Of a DNA stretch of 64,000 nucleotides, positions 10,252 through 19,065 are shown piece after piece (the first letter of the stretch is position 1; each line of letters opens with the position of its first letter). The position numbers and the translations under genes were made by a program. The DNA comes from Gemmatimonadota bacterium (lineage in GTDB: Bacteria; Gemmatimonadota; Gemmatimonadetes; Gemmatimonadales; GWC2-71-9). The stretch is from positions 7,262-71,261 of the forward strand of contig JANXXJ010000131.1 of the NCBI GenBank assembly GCA_025350665.1. The letters are read 5' to 3'. The notes below the pieces were generated by a model. The model was given only the letters and a program-made list of their open reading frames with translations, searched no databases and was not told the origin of the DNA.

Positions 10252-11627
10252 TCAGCCAGGATTTTCAGGTCCGACCGTTGACCCGCCGGCACGGCGCTGG
10301 GCCGGCCCAGCGCCGCCTGGACGAAGTCACCCCACCAGTCACGCTGCGCCTCGGTCTTGTAGCGGTCGAGCTCCGGCCAGGTACGCTGATGAATCAGGGC
10401 GGCGTGAACCGGGGCATCGGCCGGATCGATACCGCTGTGCCTGAGCCATCGCCGGCCGATCTGGGCATGAAGGACCTCGTCGGCCCAATCGAAATCATGG
10501 AAGTGCGCGGACAGTGTGTCGCCGGACTCGACGGCGGTCCGATACTCGAAACGTTTGCCCGTTTCTCCGGGCATCAATGACTGCTCGATTGCGAAGAGCA
10601 TCGTCTGACGCTCGGCCGCCGAGGCGTGATGATTGAGCCGCAGGCCGAACCCGACGTTGAGGGGAATGCCGGTCCAGTCGATGCCGCGGGCGTCGAGCGC
10701 CACGGTCCCCATCATGGCGTGCCGCGCCTCGTCCCACAGTTGCCGGGAGTAATCCCGATGGAATTCCCACGGGAGATCGGTGCGGTCGATCATGACCGAC
10801 GCCATCAGCTCTGGCACGTCCATTTCGAGCGCCCGCTTGCAGAGCAGCGCCAGGTTCCGTTCGTCGGCCGGCGCCCGGGGATCGTTGTAGATGACGTGTG
10901 GCGGAAATTCGAAGTTCCGCTGGCCTTTGAACCGGTCGTCGCGGCGCGGGGTGGTGCCAGGAACGAAGGGAGCGATGGCGCGCGGGGCCGGGAGCGAGTC
11001 ATCCGGAATCGCGTCGGCTCCCGACACCCCGCCCGCGGCGGCCAGATACCCGAGCAGGTGTTGGCGCCAGGCGGAGGCCCTTTCGGCTGCACGCGCCCCC
11101 CGGGCGGCGACGGCGGCCAGCGCGTCCTCGGCCCACCAGACCGCTTCTTCGAGTTCGACCAGGGCAAACCGGATCACCCGGCGGCCGGGATGATCCACCA
11201 GGAGATTGGCGCGACTCAGGTAGTCGCGGTACGCCCCGATCAGCGCCCGGAAGGCCACTTCGTACACGCCCACCAGCAGCTCCAGGGTGTCGCCCGCCCG
11301 CAGCAATTCCTCGCAGAAACGGTCCAGCGCGGGATCGGGAGCCTGATCGAGTGCCGGCAGCGGGCGGCGCATCTCTCCCACTCGCTGCCGCAATCCTTCC
11401 ACGTGCTCGGCACACTGCCATTGGTGCAATGCCGCGGCGCACTTCACTTCCCACTCGGGGGTCGCGATCAGATGCGACACCAGGGTCCGCATCACGGCCC
11501 GTTCGAGCCACTGATACCGCAAGAGCCGGCTGACGGTTTCGTCCACGCTGAACCCGATGCGAGCCGCCTCGGCGTAGGTGCCGAGGCCGGCGAGTTCAGG
11601 AATGCCGATCGATGGAGCCCGGGACAT
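10248..11627 (-). CDS. ferritin-like / diiron-carboxylate superfamily protein of unknown function (DUF455-like C-terminal half)
   Basis: I trimmed the 628-aa ORF to ATG 11627, because the upstream part overlaps the TauE gene. A strong RBS AAGGAGGGAA sits 3-12 nt upstream on the minus strand. Two ExxH motifs are present (WDEARHAMMG and DWADEVLHAQIG) in helical context. Confidence 0.6.
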   Translation of the reverse strand: MSRAPSIGIPELAGLGTYAEAARIGFSVDETVSRLLRYQWLERAVMRTLVSHLIATPEWEVKCAAALHQWQCAEHVEGLRQRVGEMRRPLPALDQAPDPALDRFCEELLRAGDTLELLVGVYEVAFRALIGAYRDYLSRANLLVDHPGRRVIRFALVELEEAVWWAEDALAAVAARGARAAERASAWRQHLLGYLAAAGGVSGADAIPDDSLPAPRAIAPFVPGTTPRRDDRFKGQRNFEFPPHVIYNDPRAPADERNLALLCKRALEMDVPELMASVMIDRTDLPWEFHRDYSRQLWDEARHAMMGTVALDARGIDWTGIPLNVGFGLRLNHHASAAERQTMLFAIEQSLMPGETGKRFEYRTAVESGDTLSAHFHDFDWADEVLHAQIGRRWLRHSGIDPADAPVHAALIHQRTWPELDRYKTEAQRDWWGDFVQAALGRPSAVPAGQRSDLKILAE

Positions 11628-11650
11628 CGGTTCCCTCCTTTGGGCCGGCG

Positions 11651-12520
11651 CTACGCCTTCTTCATGGCCGAGCGGAGCATCGTGACCGCCGTATACAGCA
11701 CGACGACCGTGACCAGCCACCGGACCGTGGTGAGCGGGAGCGATTTGACCAGGAGTGCGGCGATCAGCGCCGCCGGGACGCCGCCGATCGCGAGGCCCAA
11801 TGCCGCCCGCTGGCGGTAGGCGCCGGCCCGGAGGAATCGGATACCCGCGACGACCATCAGGAAGGCACAGGATCCCATCATGATGGGGAAGGCGGCCTTC
11901 GGATTCATCCCGAGAACGCTGATCATGATGAGCGATGGACCGTAGAGACCGATCCCCAGTGTCATCAATGCGCCCAAAAGGAAGTTGCCGCCGATGCCCA
12001 GCAGGAGCTTCGATCCCTCCAGGGTCAGCGCGTCGCCACCCCCAGCCACGATGCCAAGATTGGTGAGCGTGAACAGCACCGCGGCGACGATCAGGGCCAT
12101 GCCCATGCCGAGCTGAATGGTCCGCCGGGGCCACCCGGCCACGACGCCGGCGCCAAGCCAGGCGCCGAGAATCGACGCCAGGATCAGCAGCACCAGGGTT
12201 TTGAATTCCACCTGGACGACCGAAATGAACACAAAGGCTTGAGCAATCGTCGGCAGGGTATGGCCGATGTTCATCGTGCCCGGAATCCGCTCGTCCGGCA
12301 CCAGCTTGAGCAACCGGTACATCGCCGTGGTCGGCGCGAACGAACCGATGCCGAGGGTATCGAAGAAGTTGATCACGAACCCGAGTCCGATGTGCGTGGC
12401 CGTCGGGGGCCCCTTGTCATCCTCGGACTGGGGCCGCCCCAGGCGATACCAGGCCACCAGGAAGACCACCGCAAAGACGCCTAACGCCGCCAGCAGATAC
12501 AGCACCCGGGGATCGGACAT
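11651..12520 (-). CDS. sulfite exporter TauE/SafE family membrane protein
   Basis: 289 aa, with about 8 hydrophobic helices. The composition is typical of TauE/SafE (...GFVINFFDTLGIGSFAPTTA..., ...LGIGGNFLLGALMTLGIGLYGP...). Confidence 0.75.
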   Translation of the reverse strand: MSDPRVLYLLAALGVFAVVFLVAWYRLGRPQSEDDKGPPTATHIGLGFVINFFDTLGIGSFAPTTAMYRLLKLVPDERIPGTMNIGHTLPTIAQAFVFISVVQVEFKTLVLLILASILGAWLGAGVVAGWPRRTIQLGMGMALIVAAVLFTLTNLGIVAGGGDALTLEGSKLLLGIGGNFLLGALMTLGIGLYGPSLIMISVLGMNPKAAFPIMMGSCAFLMVVAGIRFLRAGAYRQRAALGLAIGGVPAALIAALLVKSLPLTTVRWLVTVVVLYTAVTMLRSAMKKA

Positions 12521-12537
12521 GGGAAGGCCCTTGGGGT

Positions 12538-13419
12538 TCAGGTGTGGGAAACGCCGAGACCGACGATTGCGTCACCCCGCCGCACGATGGGGTGGGTGAC
12601 GCGCCAGAGAATGTAGCCCGCTTCGGGAGCGGCGAGTGTAGCGATCGGCCGGCCGTGGGGGTCACACGCCACGGCGAGCGGCGTGCCCGCGTCGACCCGA
12701 TCGCCGGCTCGTGTCAGCGAGCGATACCAGCCGTCGGCCGCGGCCTCGAGGAACCGGTAGCCCGACAGTTCGATCGGGAGGTCCCGGTCACCGGCTGCCT
12801 CGATCATGCCGAGCATGCCCGCCACCCGCAGGATGCCCTCGGCATGAAAGTCCCGGTCCGCCGGCGTCAACCGGCCCTGAGAGCCGCCCTCGGCGAACAC
12901 GGCGTGCTGCCCCCGGGCGGCCCGGGCGGTGCAGCTCCGCCCCGGGCGCCCGAGATGTTCAGGGCCGAGCCGGACCAGGAAGTCGGCCCCGAACCCGCGG
13001 GCCAGCGCCAGATTGCGCTCGTCAAAGCCGGGACGGCCGGTCAGCTGACAGATCACGAACCGGCTCATCTCTTCGCGGAGGTCGCCGCCATGGAGATCGA
13101 TCAGGCAGACCGCATCCCGGGCCCAGAGCGACAGGATGCCATCCGCGATCGCTTCGCTGAACGAACCGTCCCGGCGACCGGGGAAACAGAAGTTGATATT
13201 CAGGCCATCGACCGGGCAGACATACTCGCTCCGGGACAGAGCCCCGGGCCCGTTCACCATCGGCAGCACCGATACGGTGCCCTTGAGGCGAGCGGGATCA
13301 AGATCTTCGAGCGCCCGGAACGCGCCGTCCACCGCGGCCACTTCGTTGGGATGGATCCCGGCGATCACGCACAACCGTGGGCCGGACCCCATCCCGACAA
13401 CGTCGATCACCGGCCACAC
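12538..13419 (-). CDS. succinylglutamate desuccinylase/aspartoacylase (AstE/AspA, M14-like) family zinc deacylase
   Basis: 293 aa. Has the block PRLCVIAGIHPNEVAAV (H-x-x-E zinc motif), ...NINFCFPGRRDGSFSE... and ...LIDLHGGDL... Confidence 0.8.
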   Translation of the reverse strand: MWPVIDVVGMGSGPRLCVIAGIHPNEVAAVDGAFRALEDLDPARLKGTVSVLPMVNGPGALSRSEYVCPVDGLNINFCFPGRRDGSFSEAIADGILSLWARDAVCLIDLHGGDLREEMSRFVICQLTGRPGFDERNLALARGFGADFLVRLGPEHLGRPGRSCTARAARGQHAVFAEGGSQGRLTPADRDFHAEGILRVAGMLGMIEAAGDRDLPIELSGYRFLEAAADGWYRSLTRAGDRVDAGTPLAVACDPHGRPIATLAAPEAGYILWRVTHPIVRRGDAIVGLGVSHT

Positions 13420-13478
13420 CTGACCGGCGAGGGCGGCGTGGGTGAAGGACAGTTCCCGACGGTAGACGCCAGGCGCCG

Positions 13479-15536
13479 TCAGACGGCCACTCCGGGTACC
13501 AGGCCCATGCGCCAGAGCACAAAGGCGTAGTCGGTGGCGATCTCGCGGAGCCGGTCGTACCGGCCCGAGGCACCGGAATGACCGGCGCCGAGATTGGTGT
13601 GAAGCAGGAGCGGCCGGTCATCCGTCTTGAGGGTGCGGAGCCGGGCGACATATTTTGCCGGCTCCCAGTACATCACCTGGCTGTCGTTCAGGGACGTCCG
13701 CACCAGCAAGGCCGGGTATTCACGGGCGGCGAGGTTGGTGTAGGGGCAGTAGGCCCGAATCCAGCGGTATTCAGCTTCGATCGTCGGGTTGCCCCACTCC
13801 TCGTATTCGCCCACCGTGAGTGGCAGGGTGGCGTCGAGCATCGTGTTGATCACGTCGACAAACGGCACCTGCAGCAATGCCGCCCCCACCAGATCCGGAC
13901 GAAGATTGAGCACCGCGCCGATCAGGAGTCCGCCGGCACTGCCGCCCTCGATCACCAGGCGAGGCCGGTCAGTTCGGCCGCCGTGAACAAGGCGGTCGGC
14001 GGCGGCGATGGAATCGGTGAACGTGTTCATTTTCGCGGCCATCCGGCCGGCGTCATGCCAGGGGCGGCCCATTTCACCGCCGCCCCGGATATGCGCCACC
14101 GCGAAGAGCACGCCGCGATCGAGGAGACTCAGGCGATTGGATGTGAATGAAATCGGGTACGGAATGCCGTACGCGCCATAGCCGGTGAGGTAGGTCGGCA
14201 TCGGGCCGGACTGAGCCCGGTCCCGCCGCCACACCAGCGACACCGGGATTCGGGTTCCATCCGCGGCAACGACCAACACCCGTTCGCTCTGGTAGCGGGC
14301 CGGCTCATAGTCGCCGAGGACCTCCTTCCGCTTGAGGAGCGTCGAGTGGCCGGTCGTCATGTCGTGGTCATACACCGAAGGCGACGTCACGAACGACTCG
14401 TACCGATACCGCAGCATCGTCGATTCCCATTCGACATTGGTGCCAGGACCGGCATCGTAGACCACCTCGGGAAAATCAACGTAGTGCACCGGTTCGCCGG
14501 CGTCCGCCGCAAACGGCGCGACCCGAATCCGGACCAGCCCGTCCCGACGTTCCCAGACCACCCAATGCCCGGCAAAACACTCCACACCCTCCAGGGCCAC
14601 GTCCTCGCGGGCCGGAATCACCTCGGACCAATTGGGGGGAGAGGGATCCAACAGCGGCGCAGTGACGATCCGGAAGTTCTTCGAGGTGTCGTTGATTCGA
14701 AGGAAGAAGCGGTCATCGTGATGATCGAGGTCGTACTCGCGGTCCTGCACTCGGGGCAGCACCGTTCGCCAGAGGCCCTCGGGTGCGGCCGCCTCGAGCA
14801 CCGCAACTTCCGACGTCGTGTGGCTCGCCGTGTAGAGCAGGAGGAAACGGCGGCTCCGGGTTCGGGCCACGAAGAACCGGAACCGCTCGTCCGGCTCTTC
14901 CCCCATCAGCACCGCGGTCTCGCCGATCCTCATGCGGAAGACCCGATAGTCCCGCTTGGTATCGTCTTCGACGGTGTAGACCAGCGTGCGGCTGTCTGCC
15001 GCCCAGACGGCGGATCCGACCTGCGGGATGGGATCGACCAACTGCCGGCCCGACCCGATTTCCCGGGCATAGAGGGTGTACTCCCGAAATCCCGTGACAT
15101 CGGTCGAATAAAGCAGTGTGCCGCCGTCGGGGCTGACCTGGAATACCCCCAGCCCAAGGTAGGGAAGCCCCTCCGCCATCGCGTTGAGGTCGAGCAGGAT
15201 CTCCTCGGCGGCACCGCCGGTCAACGGTCGCCGGCAATAGGTCGGATACTGTTTGCCTTCTTCCGTCCTGGTGAAGTACCAGTAGTCCCCGTCGCGATAC
15301 GGAACCGACAGATCGGTCTGCTTGATCCGGGCCAGCATCTCATCGTAGAGCGTGCCCTCAAGGCCCTGGAGTGGCGCCATCACCTGGGCGGTGTAGGCGT
15401 TCTCGGCCTCGAGGTAGCCGCGCACCGCCGGATCGTCCTTGTCGCGGAGCCAGTGATATTCGTCGACCAGCCGCTCACCGAAGATCTCAGTGACCTTCGG
15501 AGCGGTCGACGCGATGGGCGGGATGGGGCCGGTCAT
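13479..15536 (-). CDS. ptrB: S9A serine peptidase, oligopeptidase B (protease II)-like
   Basis: 685 aa. The N-terminus ...FGERLVDEYHWLRDKDDPAVRGYLEAENAYT and the catalytic block LVIEGGSAGGLLIGAV are typical of oligopeptidase B. Confidence 0.85.
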   Translation of the reverse strand: MTGPIPPIASTAPKVTEIFGERLVDEYHWLRDKDDPAVRGYLEAENAYTAQVMAPLQGLEGTLYDEMLARIKQTDLSVPYRDGDYWYFTRTEEGKQYPTYCRRPLTGGAAEEILLDLNAMAEGLPYLGLGVFQVSPDGGTLLYSTDVTGFREYTLYAREIGSGRQLVDPIPQVGSAVWAADSRTLVYTVEDDTKRDYRVFRMRIGETAVLMGEEPDERFRFFVARTRSRRFLLLYTASHTTSEVAVLEAAAPEGLWRTVLPRVQDREYDLDHHDDRFFLRINDTSKNFRIVTAPLLDPSPPNWSEVIPAREDVALEGVECFAGHWVVWERRDGLVRIRVAPFAADAGEPVHYVDFPEVVYDAGPGTNVEWESTMLRYRYESFVTSPSVYDHDMTTGHSTLLKRKEVLGDYEPARYQSERVLVVAADGTRIPVSLVWRRDRAQSGPMPTYLTGYGAYGIPYPISFTSNRLSLLDRGVLFAVAHIRGGGEMGRPWHDAGRMAAKMNTFTDSIAAADRLVHGGRTDRPRLVIEGGSAGGLLIGAVLNLRPDLVGAALLQVPFVDVINTMLDATLPLTVGEYEEWGNPTIEAEYRWIRAYCPYTNLAAREYPALLVRTSLNDSQVMYWEPAKYVARLRTLKTDDRPLLLHTNLGAGHSGASGRYDRLREIATDYAFVLWRMGLVPGVAV

Positions 15537-15549
15537 GGTACTCCGAAAT

Positions 15550-16302
15550 CTAGATTGGCAGTAGATCGGGCCAGGCGGCGCGCAGCAGCGCCGGCACGAT
15601 CTCGCCGGACAAGCCGGTCAGGTGGTGAATCCGCTCGCCGAAACGCTGGCCCTCGTCCGTGGTGTTGACGACCAGAACCACGGCCCCATGGCGAGCCGCG
15701 GTCCAGGGCAGCGACGCGGCCGGTTCGACAACGTTGGACGTCCCGATCGAGAGAAACACGTCGCACGACAGAGCCGCCTCTTGCGCCCGTGAGAGGGCCA
15801 GCGGCGGCAGAAACTCGCCGAACCAGACCACGTCCGGCCGGAGCATCCCGCCGCAGAAGCCGCAGTGACCAAGGGCCTCGGTATCGTCGAACCGGTCGGG
15901 AATGCGACTACAGTCGAAACACTTCACTCGCCCGATGTTCCCGTGCAGTTCGATGACGTCCCGACTGCCGGCCCGCTCGTGGAGGCCATCCACGTTCTGG
16001 GTGACCAGACTGAACCTGGGAACCACCCGCTCCATCGCCGCCAGCGCCCGATGGCCGGCATTGGGCACCGCCGTGCCGACCCTGAGGCGGCGCGTCCGAT
16101 ACCACGACCAGACCAATCGGGGATCGCGGCGAAACCCCTCAGGTGTCGCCAGATCCTCGGGCCGGTAGTTCTCCCACAGGCCGGTCAGGGCGTCACGAAA
16201 GGTGGGAATGCCGCTTTCGGCCGAGACCCCGGCCCCCGTCAGAACCGCCACGTGCTCCGCTGAGCGGAGCGCAGCGATCACCTCCGCGGGCCAGACCGGC
16301 AT
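15550..16302 (-). CDS. cobB: NAD-dependent protein deacylase, Sir2 family
   Basis: 250 aa. Has LTGAGVSAESGIPTFRD, QNVDGLHERAGS...ELHGN and the Zn ribbon C..C...C..CGG.LRPDVVWFGE. Confidence 0.9.
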   Translation of the reverse strand: MPVWPAEVIAALRSAEHVAVLTGAGVSAESGIPTFRDALTGLWENYRPEDLATPEGFRRDPRLVWSWYRTRRLRVGTAVPNAGHRALAAMERVVPRFSLVTQNVDGLHERAGSRDVIELHGNIGRVKCFDCSRIPDRFDDTEALGHCGFCGGMLRPDVVWFGEFLPPLALSRAQEAALSCDVFLSIGTSNVVEPAASLPWTAARHGAVVLVVNTTDEGQRFGERIHHLTGLSGEIVPALLRAAWPDLLPI

Positions 16303-16326
16303 GATGCGAGAGCGGAGCGAGGCGGA

Positions 16327-16917
16327 TCAGGCCCGGCCGAGAAGGCCGAGCAGCCGCTGCTTGACGGCAGGCCATTCCGGCTCAATCACGCTGTAATACA
16401 CCGTGTCCCGATAGACGCCGTCCCACGTCAGCCGGGTTCGCCTGAGCGTCCCTTCCTTCACCGCCCCCAGCCGCTCGATTGCCTGCTGCGAACGCGTGTT
16501 GCGGCCATCGGTCTTGAGCTGGACCCGCATGGCGCCGAGATCCTCGAACAAATGCCGCAGGAGAAGGAACTTGGCCTCGGTGTTGATCGCCGTCCGCTGG
16601 GCCTGGGTGCCGAGCCAGGTCCAGCCGATCTCGACCGCGCGGTCGATCCGGCGAATCTCGAGGAAACGAGTCGACCCGACGGCGCGATCGGTCTTGTCAT
16701 CGACGATCGCGAACGGGATCTCGTCACCGACGGCAGCGGCTTTCCAGGCCCGGTCGATGATGTCGTTCATCGCGGCCAGGTCCACCGGCCGACGCACCGG
16801 CATGAAGCGCCAGACATCGTCGTCGTTGGCGCCCTCGAGCAGGTCAGGCGCATGCTTGGGATCGAGCGGTTCGATCCGGACATGCTCGCCGTACAGAACG
16901 ACGGGGGTCGGATTCAT
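16327..16917 (-). CDS. GNAT family N-acetyltransferase (RimJ/RimL-like)
   Basis: Trimmed to ATG 16917 (196 aa). The sequence ...VGSTRFLEIRRIDRAVEIGWTWLGTQAQRTAINTEAKFLLLRHLFEDLGAMRVQLKTDGRNTRSQQAIERLGAVKEG is typical of this GNAT subgroup. Confidence 0.8.
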   Translation of the reverse strand: MNPTPVVLYGEHVRIEPLDPKHAPDLLEGANDDDVWRFMPVRRPVDLAAMNDIIDRAWKAAAVGDEIPFAIVDDKTDRAVGSTRFLEIRRIDRAVEIGWTWLGTQAQRTAINTEAKFLLLRHLFEDLGAMRVQLKTDGRNTRSQQAIERLGAVKEGTLRRTRLTWDGVYRDTVYYSVIEPEWPAVKQRLLGLLGRA

Positions 16918-17022
16918 CGGATGCGCTCGGCTCAGCGGTAGGGATGACCGGAAAACTATCACACCGGGGCGGGGCGGACCATCTTGCGATCCCATCGGCG
17001 GCGTCTCATCCTTCCCGTCCCG

Positions 17023-18546
17023 ATGCCCCATTCCCGTTTGAACGAGACCGATTCGGTCGAGCTGTTTGCCCGCGCCCGCACCGCACCGGACCGGGTCGCG
17101 GTCTGGACCAACGGCGAGCCCCGGACCTACGCCGATCTGCTCGACGCCGCCGACCGGATCAGCGGCTGGTTGCTCAGCGGCGCTCCGGACCTCGCCGAGG
17201 CCCGGGTGGCGTTTCTCGTAGCGCCGGGATTCGATCACGTCGGGACGCAGTGGGGCATCTGGAGGGCGGGCGGCATCGCCGTCCCCGTTGCCCTGAGCCA
17301 CCCCGCCCGGGAGGTCGAATACACCCTCGATGACGCCCAGGTAGCCATCGTCATCGCCTCGCCCGAATTGGCCGATCGGATCGAGCCGTTGGCCCGGGCC
17401 CGTGGGATCCGGTTTGGAACCACCGACGAAGCCTTCGCCCCGCGGGGCCGCGCCGGATTATTGCCTCCGCTGACCGCGGAACGCCGGGCCCAGGTGATCT
17501 ACACCAGCGGCACGACCGGTCGCCCCAAGGGCGTCGTCTCGACCCACGCCAATTTCGCCGCCATGGCCGGCACGCTGGCCGAGGCGTGGAGCTGGGTCCC
17601 GGCGGACCGAAGCCTCCACGTGCTGCCACTGCACCACGTCCATGGCATCATCAACGCCCTGACGTGCGCCTTCTGGGCCGGAGCCTCGGTGGAGTTCCTT
17701 CACCCCTTTGATCCGGTCCGATGCTGGGATCGTCTGGCGTCGGGAGAGATCACGTTCTTCACCGCGGTGCCAACCATCTACGCCCGCCTGACCGCCGCCT
17801 GGGAGGCGGCTGACCCCGCGACCCGGGCCCGATGGTCGGCGGGAAGCCGGGACTTGCGGGTCATGCTGTCCGGGTCGGCCGCGCTGCCCGTCGGGACCCT
17901 GGCCCGGTGGGAGGAACTGACCGGGCATCGCCTGCTCGAGCGCTACGGAATGACCGAGATCGGGATGGCGCTCTCGAATCCGTTGCACCAGGAGCGCCGC
18001 CCGGGGACCGTCGGGCAGCCGTTTCCCGGCGTTCAGGTCCGCCTGGTCGACGACGACGGCCGGCCGGTGACGCCCGGCACCCCCGGCCAGATCGAAGTCC
18101 GTGGCCCGCAGGTGTTCACCGAGTACTGGAATCGCCCGGAGGAAACCGCCAAGGCGTTCCGCGACGGATGGTTCATGACCGGAGATGTCGCCGTGCTCGA
18201 AGGGGGCTACTACCGGATCCTCGGCCGCCAGAGCATGGACATCATCAAGTCCGCCGGCTACAAGATCTCGGCGCTCGAGATTGAAGAACTGCTGCGGGAA
18301 CATCCCGGCATCAGCGATGCCGCCGTGGTCGCCGTGCCCGATCCCGACCTGGGCGAGCGAATTGCCGCGGCGGTGGTGGCCCGCGAACCTGCGCCAGACC
18401 TGGAGGCGCTCCGTGGCTGGCTGAAGGAACGCCTGGCGCCCTACAAGGTCCCGAAAGAGATTCGCCTGATCGCTGAATTGCCGCGCAACGCCATGGGCAA
18501 GGTGACCAAAGCGGAGGTCAAGGGGCTGTTCTCGGCTCCCGCCTGA
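17023..18546 (+). CDS. AMP-forming acyl-CoA synthetase (malonyl-CoA synthetase/ACSF3-like class I adenylating enzyme)
   Basis: ATG 17023. Contains the AMP-binding motifs IYTSGTTGRPKGV, ..GMTE.., ..FMTGDVAV and the C-terminal PRNAMGKVTK. Confidence 0.85.
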   Translation: MPHSRLNETDSVELFARARTAPDRVAVWTNGEPRTYADLLDAADRISGWLLSGAPDLAEARVAFLVAPGFDHVGTQWGIWRAGGIAVPVALSHPAREVEYTLDDAQVAIVIASPELADRIEPLARARGIRFGTTDEAFAPRGRAGLLPPLTAERRAQVIYTSGTTGRPKGVVSTHANFAAMAGTLAEAWSWVPADRSLHVLPLHHVHGIINALTCAFWAGASVEFLHPFDPVRCWDRLASGEITFFTAVPTIYARLTAAWEAADPATRARWSAGSRDLRVMLSGSAALPVGTLARWEELTGHRLLERYGMTEIGMALSNPLHQERRPGTVGQPFPGVQVRLVDDDGRPVTPGTPGQIEVRGPQVFTEYWNRPEETAKAFRDGWFMTGDVAVLEGGYYRILGRQSMDIIKSAGYKISALEIEELLREHPGISDAAVVAVPDPDLGERIAAAVVAREPAPDLEALRGWLKERLAPYKVPKEIRLIAELPRNAMGKVTKAEVKGLFSAPA

Positions 18547-19021
18547 TCAGCCACCAGCCCGCCACCGCCGCGCCGACCATCACTACCAGCCCAGCCACCC
18601 GGATCCGCCCCGCGATGATCTGATCCTGGCCCAGCAAATCCCACTCGGACAGCAGGAACGCCCAGTCATGCTCGCCACCGCCCACGAGCGGGAGCTCCTG
18701 GGCCCGGGCATCCGCGACGTACCGGGCGATGTTCCATCCGTTCTGGCCAATCCACCACGCCGGCACCGTGGCCGAGTGCCAGTCCCGCCTCAACGCGAAA
18801 TAGATGGCGAATGCCGCGGGCACCATCAACTGGAACAGCGTGCCGCCGAGGGCCGTGATTACTTCGCTGCCCCAGGCGAAAACCAGGTGGCCGGTCTCGT
18901 GAATTGGGAGGTCGACGGCATCGAGAAAGTGGTAGCCGTCCGGCGTCCGCATGATCCACAAGCCATAAAGGAGCAGGCCCACGCTCAGGGCCTGGCGGGA
19001 GGATCGCTCGGCATCGCTCAT
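18518..19021 (-). CDS. hypothetical membrane protein with HExxH motif
   Basis: 167 aa with 4-5 hydrophobic segments. The motif LPIHETGHLVF is HExxH. The 3' end overlaps the convergent acyl-CoA synthetase gene by 29 nt. Confidence 0.5.
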   Translation of the reverse strand: MSDAERSSRQALSVGLLLYGLWIMRTPDGYHFLDAVDLPIHETGHLVFAWGSEVITALGGTLFQLMVPAAFAIYFALRRDWHSATVPAWWIGQNGWNIARYVADARAQELPLVGGGEHDWAFLLSEWDLLGQDQIIAGRIRVAGLVVMVGAAVAGWWLIRREPRTAP

Positions 19022-19065
19022 CCCTGGATAATAGATTTCCCGCGCTCCCCTCCAAGGCCCGACTC

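Noticed and set aside
11628-12134. Upstream 169 aa of the 628-aa ORF 10248..12134.
   Set aside because: It overlaps the TauE/SafE gene in another frame and has an Arg/His/Gly-rich translation. A strong RBS precedes the internal ATG at 11627.
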